DNA of 63,696 nucleotides, counting the filler, from Craspedostauros australis (lineage: Eukaryota), in the NCBI GenBank assembly GCA_030167865.1. It is 7 parts of 7 records of this genome, joined end to end, with 100 filler letters (N's around TTAATTAATTAA, not from the genome) between each part and the next. Parts side by side here need not be neighbours in the genome. Positions count along the whole stretch, not along the records: positions 18,370 to 27,917 come from JALAGF010002638.1; positions 28,018 to 36,712 come from JALAGF010002641.1; 5 more parts are not named here. One strand, 5' to 3'. Every line of letters starts with the position of its first letter. The first letter of the stretch is position 1. Both the position numbers and the translations under genes were made by a program. The notes below the pieces were generated by a model. The model saw nothing but the letters and a program-made list of their open reading frames with translations, did not search any database and was not told the origin of the DNA. Positions 22,392-35,854 of this stretch are shown one piece after another.

Positions 22392-23705
22392 TTATCTAAT
22401 GCGACGCCAGTGACTTTCGATCACTGCAACGGCCATGCCGATGCCCGCAATGGCGAAGAATCCAACCTGAATTTCCAGCGGAACGGAATCAGACGAGAAG
22501 TTCACGCAAGAGGTGTCATCGTCCACCGTATCGCCATCCGCATCGTCACCGCGGCACGTATTCCAGGAAGCACCAAAGAAGTTGGCGCCAGCAAACACAG
22601 TGATCCAAAGCAGCAGTCCGAATACGACCCGGATCCATTTTGCGATGATCTGGCCACAGCTGGGTTGTCCTTGTTCTTCGTATCCATCGAAGCTGGCGGC
22701 GAGGTTGTGCTGCAAGGTTTCCAACGACCGTGGTCGGAACAGCCACGACACCTTGCGCTGCTGGCTTTGCGAAGCGTTCGAGGGCTGGCTTGGAAAGACG
22801 TTGGACAAGGCCCAGTGCTTGACGCACACCGTGATGAACATTCCCAACGACCAACCAAACAGCATGCCCATGGCCCATTCCGTTGCGTTGTTGGCAAACG
22901 AAGACGACGCAAAGCTGTCGGCCGTGCGGATCCATCTCTTGAGGAGGTTGTAGGTTGGGTACGCCGTGAAGATGCTTGCGATGAGAATCGTCAAGATCTG
23001 ATATCCCCGGGGTGTAGAAGCAGCCACCCACCATGGATCGTCACCGCCAGTGCTGCGACGATTGTCATGATCCCGCACGTAGGACGTTCCGGTCTCGCTT
23101 CCGAACGGGATGCTCGCGCCGGATTGTGGAGGCGATGTATTTCCGCCGCATGTCAGCGCCTTGACCAATCGGTGAAGACACCAAGCCACGGGGATGTTGA
23201 TGGATGGATGGGCAAACAACCCAACGATGGTGCCCTGCAAAGTGTGGCCAAAGGTGTTGAAACCGGGCGTGAAGGAAACATTTCTGTCTTCGTCCACCAA
23301 CCCATCCTTGGGACCGAAATCCAGCTGCGACGCAATGCCTTGGAAGTGATCTTCACCCGCCAGCAGGCGGAATAGGAGGAGCGCTGCAAGCGTGATGCCT
23401 GGCGCAAAGACGTAGAAGAACACCTTGTGCGATGGGCGTAGCGCCACATGCAGCGCTTCCACTTCGTCGGCGCTGATGGACAACGCATTGCGCTTGCGTT
23501 GCATCGCAGCGTATAGGAGCACGGTTCCCAACGATGGCAGGAGGATTAGCGCAAGCATGATCAACAAGGCATGGCTGGGTGATTCATCTGAACTCCAGGC
23601 TGCCACCAGAGCTGCGAGGCTTGCGGTGACGAACACTGTCGGTGCGAGGATTGTCATCACCCCGATCGGACGGCCATCGCCGGTGCTGACATGTTCATCA
23701 GACAT
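22392..23705 (-). CDS. Uncharacterised polytopic membrane protein
   Basis: 437-aa ORF with roughly 8-9 hydrophobic segments. No family recognised. Confidence 0.7.
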   Translation of the reverse strand: MSDEHVSTGDGRPIGVMTILAPTVFVTASLAALVAAWSSDESPSHALLIMLALILLPSLGTVLLYAAMQRKRNALSISADEVEALHVALRPSHKVFFYVFAPGITLAALLLFRLLAGEDHFQGIASQLDFGPKDGLVDEDRNVSFTPGFNTFGHTLQGTIVGLFAHPSINIPVAWCLHRLVKALTCGGNTSPPQSGASIPFGSETGTSYVRDHDNRRSTGGDDPWWVAASTPRGYQILTILIASIFTAYPTYNLLKRWIRTADSFASSSFANNATEWAMGMLFGWSLGMFITVCVKHWALSNVFPSQPSNASQSQQRKVSWLFRPRSLETLQHNLAASFDGYEEQGQPSCGQIIAKWIRVVFGLLLWITVFAGANFFGASWNTCRGDDADGDTVDDDTSCVNFSSDSVPLEIQVGFFAIAGIGMAVAVIESHWRRIR

Positions 23706-24918
23706 CTTCTTCTCTGCTATTGTATTATATTCTATGTGGAGGACGAGTATGTGCCACTATTTTTGTGCTATCAACCTGTTGGTGTCGTTCTATGCTGGTT
23801 GTCTTATTGTGTCCATCTTGCTCTTCCTTGCCGTGCTTTGCATGGATGATGTCAACAAGCTCAGATTGTGCGAGCCTCACACACAATCGTGATGTTTCTG
23901 TTGGTGGAACAGTTCGCGCGAACTTCCACACAGCCACAAGTTTCGTTCCACTCCGTCCACATGTGGTGTTCTCCTTTTGGTGAACTGGCGAACCGAGTCG
24001 TGCGGGACCAACACTCAACCAAGACCAAGATACAAAGTCTATCGAATCGTTCTCTCGTTGTCAGGAGAGTGGCTAACCACGCTCTACGCCGGGATACTTG
24101 AGGGCACTGCGTGCGTGTTGTTGCTTGTTGTCGCACGAGTACCATGGTGGAGTGCAAGTGTCTGCAAGGTAGGGGACCATTATGTATTATATGTATAAAA
24201 GACTAGTATTTATAATCTGTTCTATCTAACTCCGAAAGACCTGAACTGGTCATCGCCGTGGGTGCGATTGTTGTCAAGTGACGAATGATGCCTTTGGCGT
24301 TCCGCAGCTCGGAACACCGATAGAGCATCAGCCTCGTATCTGTCTTCATGTATCGAGCTGTGTCCTGCTGGGTGTTGTTCCCTGGCCGAAAAGCAAAATG
24401 AAAGTGGACGACATGCCCCCGGACATGTTGACGCCCGTCAAGCCAACCAAAAGTCTTCGTGTTGCTTGATCCACCTCGATATGGTGGGGGTATGTCTTCA
24501 TACATGTTCCGCAGCATCGAGTGGCATGCCTTGCTTGCTCCAGAAACTCCGCCTACTCCTGCTGTTCATGGCCCCATCGTGCCTTCCTCTCGTGTTCGCT
24601 GCTGGGAAGTCTCCTCGTGGACGAGAGGACTTTTCTCTCGCCGGCGGCGACGACAAGCGTGGGGGTTGTGCATCTTTTTAGTGTGTGGTATAGTAGTAAG
24701 TAGTTTGTGTGGATCTGATGGCGGCGATGCTGTTCTGCGTGTGGGAGACTGCCCTACCTGACGGCTTGACCACTCACATTCGCGATAGATTGGGAGTGGG
24801 TGGCACGCTCTCCTGGAGTACAACTCGCATCGCCAAACACTTGTGCTTGGAGTCGGAATCGTTGTCATGACCGGATGAGGCACGCAATGGAGCTTGCTCG
24901 CAAGCGCCGGTGGCCCTT

Positions 24919-25701
24919 CTAATGGAACCAGGACGATTCGGTCTTCTTGGATCGGTTGGTCAAACGACGCTTGATCTGTGCTGGGGCCAGGTTGCCGTGA
25001 GCACGGGCAGCCTGCGCAATCTGCGCCTCGCCTGCGTGCATGCCAGCAAATGCAATGTCCGAGGCACCGCTGGTCGTGCTGTGCTGGTGGAGGGCGTCGC
25101 GGATGCTTGCGAACTGTCTGCATTCGTCAGGAAGGGGCTTGTCGGTGACCAACCTCCCGCGTTCGGAATGTAGCAACGAGGAACAATAGCTCTCCGACAC
25201 GGCCGTGGTGTCTACATGATTGAAAGCACAGTATGGCGCGTGGATTTTGTCGAGATGGTGGTGGGTGACCGGTTGTGACCGGAGATGACGAGAGAGCAAT
25301 CGAAAGGACGAGTGAAAGTTGGTGAGGATCTGGGCGTTGTTCTTGTTCAACTGCCCCAAAACAAAAGCATCGGTCGGCACCTCGCGGGTGCACACATCAT
25401 CCGGTGCCACGAGAACCTCCACTACTTCACCGATGTCGCCATCATCAGTATGACGACTTACCGTCACAAAAGTTCTCCTCTGCATCATACGAGGATGATG
25501 ATTCACACGCGCGTTGGCAATCAATGAAGATGAACAGAGTATGCCGCGTATGCGATGATGGGTGGCAACACGAGAAGAAGGAAACGTGCGACCCACGGTG
25601 TCATCCATCCAACGAGCATTTCGGGACGAAATCAAAAGACAGTGGGACAGCAACAAAGGAAACAAGAGAGATGGCAAGAGACGGTGAGCACATGCATGCA
25701 A
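24919..25701 (-). CDS. Possible hypothetical protein
   Basis: 260-codon ORF whose C-terminal half looks protein-like. No motif recognised and the start is uncertain. Confidence 0.3.
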   Translation of the reverse strand: MHACAHRLLPSLLFPLLLSHCLLISSRNARWMDDTVGRTFPSSRVATHHRIRGILCSSSLIANARVNHHPRMMQRRTFVTVSRHTDDGDIGEVVEVLVAPDDVCTREVPTDAFVLGQLNKNNAQILTNFHSSFRLLSRHLRSQPVTHHHLDKIHAPYCAFNHVDTTAVSESYCSSLLHSERGRLVTDKPLPDECRQFASIRDALHQHSTTSGASDIAFAGMHAGEAQIAQAARAHGNLAPAQIKRRLTNRSKKTESSWFH

Positions 25702-26889
25702 AGGCAGAGCGTGGCGGCACGTGAAGCACCCCTTTGTCGACAGGTCCCAATACTTGTATTATCCAATACGTACGAAGGAAATCAGGCTCATTCTTTTCGC
25801 TGTCGCGGCGGGCGATGCTGAAGGCTGCTGCGTGGTCGAAAATCATGGCTGCAAAATGTCGGAATGGGAGTACGCGAGAATTGGTTTGTGTCGACACCCA
25901 GGTTCTGATGTTTTATGCGCAAAGCTCTCCTCATCAATCAAGGAAGCAGAGAGGCCCACAATCAAACGAAAGGAACGGGACGGCGGCGGTGCGCGATTGT
26001 TCGTACTCAGTCCATGATGGGTGTTGTGGATGAGGCTGCCACCCTGAGCGATGGCCGAGCAACGGCAGCACTGCTCAGTTTCGAAGAGTATCTTCTTTGG
26101 CGGAGTTCCAAAACCCGAACCGCAAACGTCAGGGTTGAAACAAATGCCAAGCCAAAGAACAAACCTTGTCAGCTGGATCCGAACTGTGAGCATTATTGTG
26201 ACACCTCTGACAGCGGAGTCATCAACAGATCTCCCACACACGGAAAGTGCTCTCACGGTTGCACACGAACAGATTCCGCATCCAACGAAGAACGGATTCC
26301 GATGGTTTGGGGCAATACCGACACACCGGAACCACGAAGATGTGATGAGAGCGAGTGGCAGAACTCTTAAGATACCCAATACCCATGTCTGCACACGAGC
26401 ATGCAGAAAGAACATTTGCATTTCCGATGTCAAACACGCCGAACCTTGGTTGTCACAATTCGTGTTCTTGTGGTGGGCGAGAGTTTTCGTGGAAGCAGAT
26501 GTCTTGTGGAGATGTTCTTGTTGGCACATCAAGTTGCTGAAATTATGAACAACGAAAATACACCCTGAAATTATGGATTTATTGGCCTCATGTTGACGCT
26601 AATTTACTTAACTTGTACTACACAAGAGCTTTCTCTCAGCCATCGCTAATTTTAGCGGGGAGTGGATGTAGGTCTTTGGATCTGCGAGAACGACGGCGAT
26701 GGTGACGACGATACATTCACTCACCAGTATCACCAACAACATTCGCATCCAGCGATGGCAACAGGCGTGACAATATCTATTATATATGCAATCCAATGCG
26801 ACGGAGGGTGCGCGATTTCGATTGCTTTCGTGAGTGCATACGAGTAAACGAGATCCAAGCGAATTCCCTACCTTTGGCGATAGTACCCG

Positions 26890-27917
26890 CTATTGATCCA
26901 AGTTCTGCAACCAATCGCCATCCTCAGCCTCCAAAGCATCCAGCTCCTTCTCCATTTCTACATCCTTCATTGTGATGCGATACCCGTACTCGTTGATCTT
27001 CCGACTGCGCCTGCGAAGATTGTCGAGCTTGTTCAACGATTCACTCAGCAGTGGACTCGCATCGGTTGGAAAGCCTGCGTAAAGGGATGTTCCGTTGTCG
27101 TTGCCATTGTTATCGTCGTCTTCCTCATCGTCTTTGGGTGGCGCTGTATTCATGGCAAGGCTGTCTTCCATTCCTGCAACGCAGTACAACCGATTCGAGC
27201 CAAACATGATGTCAAGGAGGTCGTGGTAAATCCTGTCTCTGCTGTGGCGGATTGTCTTGTAGTCAATTGGACGAGAATCAAACATGTCTCTGCCTTGGAC
27301 GCAGACCGTGAAGAGTCCCGCTTCCCATCTCAAGAAATTGCCTGCGCTGTCTGTGATCTTCTTCACGCCAGCAGTGGAAACGTATCCATCCGCGAGGTTG
27401 GTCGATCCCTCCGCCGCAGTTGTGAGTGATGGACAGAAATTCTGTTTGGTTGGATTGAATGAGCCTGTGTCTGAATGGGGGATGTCGTCCTCAAGATTAG
27501 CGCATGCCTCCCTCATCTTGAGAAGGCCTTGTATCAGCTTCTTGTCCATGTCAATCGTTGGCACCAGGGTCTCGTACCGTGAAGCATCGAAGCCGTCGGC
27601 TGCGCTATAACTCGAGGCCAGTTCACGAGGATTGCTGCCAAAGTTTTGATCGACTTGCTTTGTTTCCAACCCGTCCCAACGGTTCAGCCGCATGCGATCC
27701 TTCTGCGCACTGATACGTTCTTCAATTTCCTCTTTCAGCCACTCCTCGAACTGAGCTTTGGTCATCTCTTCAACGTTCTCGGGCTTTATTGGTAGGTCTG
27801 GTTCGTTGAGGCTCATTTCAGACTGCTGATGGTACATTCCATTCAACACAAAGTCAGACCAAACGGAGACAGGAGTCACATCTTCCAGAGCATCCCATGC
27901 CTCTTGCACGTGGTCTG
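26890..27917 (-). CDS. Hypothetical acidic protein, 5' end lost at the scaffold gap
   Basis: 339+ codon ORF with natural protein composition running up to the spacer. Confidence 0.7.
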
Positions 27918-28017
27918 NNNNNNNNNNNNNNNNNNNNNNNNNNNNNNNNNNNNNNNNNNNNTTAATTAATTAANNNNNNNNNNNNNNNNNNNNNNNNNNN
28001 NNNNNNNNNNNNNNNNN
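27918..28017. other. Artificial scaffold spacer
   Basis: N run with TTAATTAATTAA core. Confidence 0.97.
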
Positions 28018-31000
28018 AACAGAGGATTTATGAGGTTGTTCTGCTGTTGTGGAGAAGGCAGACACAGCTGTGCCAGACTGACGTCGGCCAGACTATGACA
28101 CAAAGTACTCAAGTTTTGGCATTATCGTCCTTATTTTTTAACAGTGTGCATTGTTTTGACAGAAATAAACAAGAAGAGACAAGAATCATGCGATGATTTG
28201 CGTACAAGAGATGCAAAAAGAGAGATCTGGACAATCGAATCAATCATTTTGGTTCAGATTGGGCAAAAATGCGAAAAACCATGTTGGTACCATGAGGAAA
28301 CAAACAGTTTGACGAAACAGTGTGGGAAACAGGGAAGCAAGAAAGCAAATCGTGACGTCACATGGGCATTGCAAAGACCTAAATCCCCACGAAAGTGGCT
28401 GTCTCCACCGCGTCCAGACAAGTTTCAATAGCGGGGCTCCCCCTGGAATTCCGACAGCCCGGCGTGTCCCAGTACCCAAGTTCTGGGGCCACTCGAACCC
28501 CTCTAATTTCGCAATGACTGCTCGTCATGGCCTTCTTACATCGGTGCGACACAATTGTGCAACCACTTCAATGCATCATTTATCAACAACTTCACCTCCA
28601 AGCAGCATCGTGACTGACGACAGCCGAACTAATTTTTGAAGTGAACAAAACTGAAACCTCCAACGCTCTCCATTTAACGGTCTGGTGCGCCGCCGTGACA
28701 TCTCTCCAAGCAAACCACCAACAGAGCAATAATTTACAACTCCAGCTACGGAAGCCATGGCGCTCCGCGCGGAAGATATAACCTAAATGGCGGCGAACAA
28801 GAAACCGAAAGACAGAGGCGGAGACACCTTTCGGAGCGACAGTCGCGAGCCAACGTGTCTTGTCACTGAACAACGACGCGAGGCATCATGGCGACGCTTG
28901 GGAACCGCGGTAAATACGTTTTCGGCGTCGTTTTCCAATGGGACTGCCTTAGTAGTCCATTTAGTCCGTGCTCTTGTCCTCACAAAACGCAAAGGTACTA
29001 CTGTAGACGTGTGATCGACGTCCCGTGGGAGAGGCTATGAACACTAGGAGCTACTTCTGTTGCCATTGATTGCCCAGTGCAGGACAGNNNNNNNNNNNNN
29101 NNNNNNNNNNNNNNNNNNNNNNNNNNNNNNNNNNNNNNNNNNNNNNNNNNNNNNNNNNNNNNNNGAGGCCAATCGCCCAGGTACGCGCTTTCTGGGCTTG
29201 ATCTTCGTTGTGCAGTCTTGCTTCAACAGTGGAAACAGTGAGCGCAACCCCGAACGCAGGAAGAGGGCAAAGCCTCGCGCGTACTCTGTGGTACAGGAAG
29301 CACGTCTGTCCTGACCAGAATAGCCTGCGAGTGCGAGCAGACACATCCTGCTCGCCGAATGTGACATGACATGTTCCGTTTGGAAACTGAGGCAAGGGCC
29401 ATTGGAAGAGGAGGTGGATGGAGTTGGCGTGAACTTCGAAGCGGTATTCGCCAGCACGATGATTGATGCACAGGGCGGCTTGGCTGTCGAAATGTCCGAA
29501 AGCGATTTCTTCATCTTGATGAGAACGAGTGTTTTGTCCTACAGCAACAGGAGATGGCGGAACAACTATGCCTTCTGTGACGTCACAATGCAGTAGGAGT
29601 CGTCATGCGAGACCGCACCACGATCCATGCGATTAATTGTTTGACTGCGCAGATAACATGCAAGGTTAGTGGCGTCACATGACTCGAAATGATGCAGTGA
29701 GCGTACACCTGGGCGAACGATGATGCAAATTGCATCAGCCTTCACGTCGCTTTCGTAGTCACTGATGTGGGAGCAGGTCATTCCCGCACGTCGCCCGATC
29801 ACTTGTCATCTCGAGTCTGACTCACACGAATGGGGAGAAGTTCTCTTTTCGCTCAGCCTGGTTGGGGAAACGTCGGCACATCATCTGGACCGAACGAGCA
29901 CAGGAAGCTGCCGGCATTCGTCGTCCACAGAAGAGTTGGGCCACAGCTATGCGCCATGCGAGACAAGTTGAACTTGTGATCATTAATTATTTGCCATGAA
30001 TGCGTCAACTTCTTGTTTGTGGTGCACGATGTGAGCGACATGTCGGAAACGAGGGGCTCTCTTCCCTCACGCGGAACAGTTCACCTCGGCATGGCCCCTC
30101 TCCCAGGATCACTTGTTTCGTGTTGGGTGTTCGAGGAGATGCGCAGAGTGCAATGGTTGTGTTCGAAGTACTGCTTCGCAAGAGACACCAAGTCACTGCT
30201 TTCGCTCCTGCCAGTTGTCCTATCCGAGACACATGGCTTTGAGACACCAAGCTAGACATGCAATAGCACATGTATGCAACCACACAGATTGCAAGATGGA
30301 TTGGCAACATCTTCATTTGTGCTCATTGACATCGTTGCTAGACGTGAAGAGTTGAGTTAATACTTCTGAAAACTGTACGTGCATGTTCATGTCTGACTAT
30401 TCAAACACAGTAGCCTATCCTGAACGTGGATTGGCCTGACCGATGATGCACGTTTGATGGTGCTCGAATCGAGGGGGACCCGGTAGCAGACATCTTCGTG
30501 GTTGTTCTTCCGCTGGCGAGGTTGACCGCTGCATGATCGTGACGATCGGACGCGGTGCTGACTGATTCGCCAATCTATTATTGGTTACCCGCATCCCCCA
30601 AGCTGTGTTTGTCCGTTGAGTCATTGAGAGTCACGCTCAGTACCTGGGAATGATAGCGCGTTCTTCGTCTCGGATTCCAGAGAACACGAGCGCTTTCGGC
30701 ACATGTGAGTATCATGATACTATGCCCCAACACACATTGGGAGCGGTGAAACTACAGTGACCGACGTGGCGAACGCACCCGCACGTCGAAGAGGGAGGGG
30801 CAATACATGGGGGAGAACATGCTCCAATGTCCAAGCCCCGTCGGATCGGTGTTCTTCCGAAGTTTCGCACTCGCGAACGCGCATTGGCACTCGCGTAACC
30901 GTCATTGAGTATGTTAAGTGGAATGCGTTGGTAGCGACATGGTCACGATACAGGACCGACATGGGATCCCTATGAACACGCCTTGGACACGACACGGACG

Positions 31001-31050
31001 TGCGACAAGCACGACATGGACATGCGACAGACACCGCGCAGGATCGGCAC

Positions 31051-31481
31051 CGACGAGCAAGCGACGAGCAAGGAACGAGCAAGCGACGAGCAAGCGACGA
31101 GCAAATTGCTCAAAATTACCGTGGTTTTGTCACGGTGACATGTCGCGAAAACGGCCATACTACGGTGTCTAATCTAGTTGTATTTTAAAGGGCGGCAGAG
31201 TGCACTTTTGAAAAATAGATTGCATGAATGTAAGCGTACTATCTATACCATGGTAGCGCACGTATTTGATCTTGATTGCAACTTCATTCTGAAACACAGT
31301 TGACAACAGAGTTTTGCATCGCAGCGTCTCCACACTGATCACCTACGATACTGTGACATCTCTCGATAAGTAAAGTGCGGTAAGCGACATGTCGATTTTT
31401 CAGGAATCGACGAGCAAGGGGACGTGCAAGTGACAAGCAAGGGGACGTGCAAGTGACGAGCAAGGGGACGAGCAAGGAACG
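31051..31481. repeat. Two short arrays of GACGAGCAAG-type units (about 31051-31104 and 31409-31481)
   Basis: Units such as cgacgagcaag, gaacgagcaag and gggacgtgcaag are directly visible in both arrays. Confidence 0.75.
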
Positions 31482-34400
31482 CGACTTCAGCACGACGTGA
31501 GCACGACGTAGACGTGCCTCCGATGTGACAAAGGTGCAATGGATGCACGACTTGGATGCGACCCTGTCACGACTTGGACACGACATCGGTACGACTTCGC
31601 ACACCAAGCTGCGCGAGGGGCGTTGCGAATGACAGTGACGCTCAACGCATGCGTGCGGAGAAACTTGTGTCCGTTGATCGGCCTGTTTCGACCCCATAAA
31701 TAGGCGCCTGTGCTATCCGCAGGAAATACCCCGAGCACTGAACATCGTGACACAAAGAGGTGCAGGGGCATACATGTTGATCGTGCTTCGCTTCCATCGT
31801 TTTGTGTATGGGACTCATGCGAACATCGTTCACTTGTTGTGTAACCGCCTTTTGCGTGCTTGCTTCGCGGAGGTTCGCATCCAGGAAACGTGTTCTCGCC
31901 ACGCGCGGCACTACATTTTCGCACGGAGGAAACTGCTACCGTTATCATCTCGATGTGCTCCACCGCGACTCCTCGCAGACGGACGCGTGATGACATCAGC
32001 AATAAACAGCGCAGTGAATCACATGAAAATTGGAGAGTGAAGGTCGTGTCGCATGTGCTGTCCGGCACCCAATTGCAAGACACACAGTCTCATCTGTTCT
32101 CTCGCACTTCGCCGCGCAACCAATCATGACTGCTTCTGTCACGGTGAACACAGCGGGCGTGCGCATCACCAAACCAAGACAAATTCTGCTCATCTCGTGT
32201 GCGTTACGATGTTGGTGTTGTGGTTCCAACCACGGGGGATGATTGCGACAGCCAGCTTGTTGCCGTGTGGCGTTTGGGGCGATTCTCCGTCTTTCGCCAG
32301 TGACTGAAACCAAAGCGAGTGCGTGACGAAGTCGTCCGCGCTGATGCTGGACGCTGTGAGGCGCCTTGTGTCTTTGCGCCAACTTGCTGTGCGGATGGGA
32401 TCCTCCGCCGCTGCCTCCAACCGACAACAGTCAAATCAAGCACTCGCCATGCACACACCTGAAGCACATTCAACACAGTAGCAACACTGACTCGAATTGA
32501 ACTCTGTGATGGCTTGCCCTCGTTTGATGTTGTTCCTGTGATGCAAGAGGCATGCGACGGGTTGGCTGCCCAAACAGATGCACAGAACACACGATAACTA
32601 GCCCATCCCTTGTATAATACTAGTAACAAATAGCTCCACTGTCAAAACCACGAAACGTGATGATCGTCAATAGCTTCCTGTGTCTGTTGAGTTAGCGCGT
32701 GGTTGGTGTCCTGGTTTGAAAAGAGCAAGCAAGCAATTGCACTGATGGGGTAATCGGGAAAGCGCCATGTTCCGTTGTTTCACGTTGTAAATACTATATT
32801 CTGAGTGTGCATCTCGGACGCACTGGACAAGCATCACGAGGAACGCAAAGCGAATTTTGTGCCCTCGTGGCAACACCCCCAAGGAAGAAGACTGCCAGAC
32901 ACCCACGCTTGCTGAAGGGAGTCCCACCTTGACACACGAATATCCCAGAGAATCACCAACGAGCACCTGCGCCGCATAGCCAAACAAACGTTGGACGGGG
33001 GCGGGCTCACCACCTTCGACAACGGACACGACCACGACAGTGATCACACAACAACGTAGTGCGCATTAATACAGGAACGTGGAGGAATGGCGCTGCTCCC
33101 GGCGCAGAGCGCGACGGTTGATGACATGAAGTTCAGTAGGCTGGTAGGACAACGGACAGCTTGTGGTTGGAGGAGCGCTCTGTGGTAATCAACGATGGTG
33201 CGAAAAGGAACCGATCGGACAAGTACGAAAGTTACCTGAACAAGGGGAGGGGAGAACACGAATGATGATTGCAGATCAGCCACTTCTTTCCAAAGAGGGA
33301 AAGCAATTGTGTGACTGCATCGATGCCGCGTCGTGTCGTGTCGTGGGTCTGGGATGGGGATGTGTTGGGACAGACACGACAGGGTGGAACGAGAAAAGGG
33401 GACATCATCGGCATGTGCGAACAGTGCGCGACATCGCAACCACGAACGCAAATCAGCGCGACGTCATGTCAACACGGGAAAGGCGTGCTCTAGTAGTCCC
33501 AGGAGCGCATGACTCGACAGACCCAAAAACCGCGCAACACACCCCAAGCGTGAACAAATCAAAAATCGACGCAAAAATAGCATTTACCGCGCTTCCCTTG
33601 GTGTCGGTGAAAGAACGTTCCTGCGATGTGGCGTTTCTCCCTTTGCCGCTTTGCTGCGTCGTGACGAAGCGTGACAGTTGTACATGTTGTGCACAGGCCT
33701 TTTTGGTGGAATGTCACCGCTCTTCGCTTTTTACGACAGAGTATCTCATGCGGTCTCTGTTTCTTCTCCTTTCCTCGCGCAGATGTGCTGTTGTCTTTTT
33801 CGCTCGCACAATTGTGTGGTCAAACTGGTGCACAGGCGCCGAGCTGCCAAGTTTGAATTGTGTCCCCTGCATTCCGCACAGGCAGCGACACGAACGGTTG
33901 TACGCAACAGTGATGACAGAAGCCAATCTGTTTGCGGTAGGCAGACAAACAATCAGGTGGGATGCGCTACACTATACGAGCGCTGTCATGTCCTGCGCTC
34001 CGACTTCACCAAACACCATGCTTCTCTGGAGACGAGGTCGCCCGGTTTGCAGAAGCACAACCGCAACCAATGCGATTTGAGTTCTACCGACGCAAGCAGA
34101 AGGGCGCGAAACCGTTTCTCCACTCGTGTGCGACTGGTTCGTTGCAACCCCTGTGCGAAGCATTTGCAAAGTCCGAGCTGCAAGTAACGTCAGAGAGTAC
34201 GAGTACAGGAGAGAACTCAGTTGCGCGAAGGTCTCTGACGTGTAGTATAATAGTGACCAGCCACCAGGAAGAAGGACCGCAACGGTTCGACACAAACGAG
34301 AAAGTCTCAAAAACAAAACCGCTTGCGGTCATGATGCCGTCCTCAAGAGAGCACGGGTACACATTATTGTAGAAGGAATCATCCATTGAGTACGCAGCTC

Positions 34401-35854
34401 TCACATGATTGCGTTCCCCCTTCAGATTCATGTGAATGTTCGCCCTTTGACCCAAGGCGACACCCAAGACGGCACTCTCATGCTCCATCATTTTCTCATC
34501 GAGGCGAACTCCCAACAGAAAAGGGGCATGTGATGGTTTCGGTATTTGAGGGAGAGTGAACGGCCTCCTTCCTGAAACGCCAACAGCACCCGATCTCATC
34601 ATCGAAGAAGGGGAAGAGCCAACTCCGTGCACTTCACGCCTCCTCCTGGGTTGGATGCGCGTTTGGTGGTCTTCCTCTTCGTTTCTCTCCCTCCCTTTCC
34701 ATCACCCTTTCCGTCATCTTCGGGAAGCCTGTCTGGAACGGGAGAACGATGCCGATGCGAGGTACGGAAGCTGCAGCCCAGTGCCCAAGTCACTTTGAAC
34801 GGAAAGAACAGCAGATTCCTCTCCAACGCGCGGGCCGTGTGGACTTGTCCTTGCGCAACCTCTGCAAACTTGTTTCTCTCATCCTTTCGCAACCAAATCC
34901 ACCGCCTCCATCACGACCTCTCAATGATGGTATCTCAGTTTGAATCTGTGATCGTGAGTGTGTGCACGCCTTCCTCTTATTTCACCAGTTCATGAATCCA
35001 TTGCTTCGTTGCCACGCGCGCTGATCATCCATTCGAATCAACTTCGCAAATTGGATCCCCAGGATAGTTGTTGCTGTTGTGGTTGTTGGTGGTGTTGTTC
35101 TGCTCGGAACAGTTTCGACGCCTCTTGGCAGGTTGTCGGATAACGTGTTTCGCCAAGTGGAAACGACCGTGAGTGTTTCGTGCCCGTGACACAAGATCGT
35201 CACCCGTCCGACCATTTTGTGTCGGGCTGGATTAACAACAGAACGTTCCTCGCCGCTCCACGCGCGCTGAGTCAATCCCGGAAACAAGCGAGGAACAACG
35301 AAAGAACGATCCACTCAGGTACTGAATTGCCTCCTAGTCCGTGTGGTGATGTCACTCTCAATCGTCGCGCATGGCTGAGCGAAGAACTTGACATGTTAAC
35401 TTGTTTGTGTCTGTCTGCATGTGTCATTTACGGTTGAGAGACGTTAAATGAGACCGTTGAGAGATATGTGGCTGTTGTTTTATGTAGCATTTATTCAGTC
35501 TGTCCTCCACTTCATCAGTACAATCACCTTTGTGAGTTGTCTGGAAGCAATCGGACACGATCGTCCGCCCGGGACTTATCAGACATTTGCGATGTTGGCA
35601 GGTCACAAGGAACAACGAGCAATAGCCTCCACCACGTTGAAGAACATTGGCAAACATCAAATCACAACAAGAACACAACATCTGTCATGACAGACGCAGT
35701 TCCGCCCAACGAAGACCACGGATCTATTCGACATGGGTGGAAACAGACGGAGCTGGATTTTGTAACTGGCTGTGCTGTTGTTGTTGTCGCGCAAGGACTA
35801 TTCTTGTATTAGTTGTACGCACTCTCTGGTCGAATTTGCTTTGCTCCGTTGTGT

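Noticed and set aside
33163..34080. 305-codon ORF
   Set aside because: Non-ATG start, Cys/Arg-rich random-looking composition and no motif.
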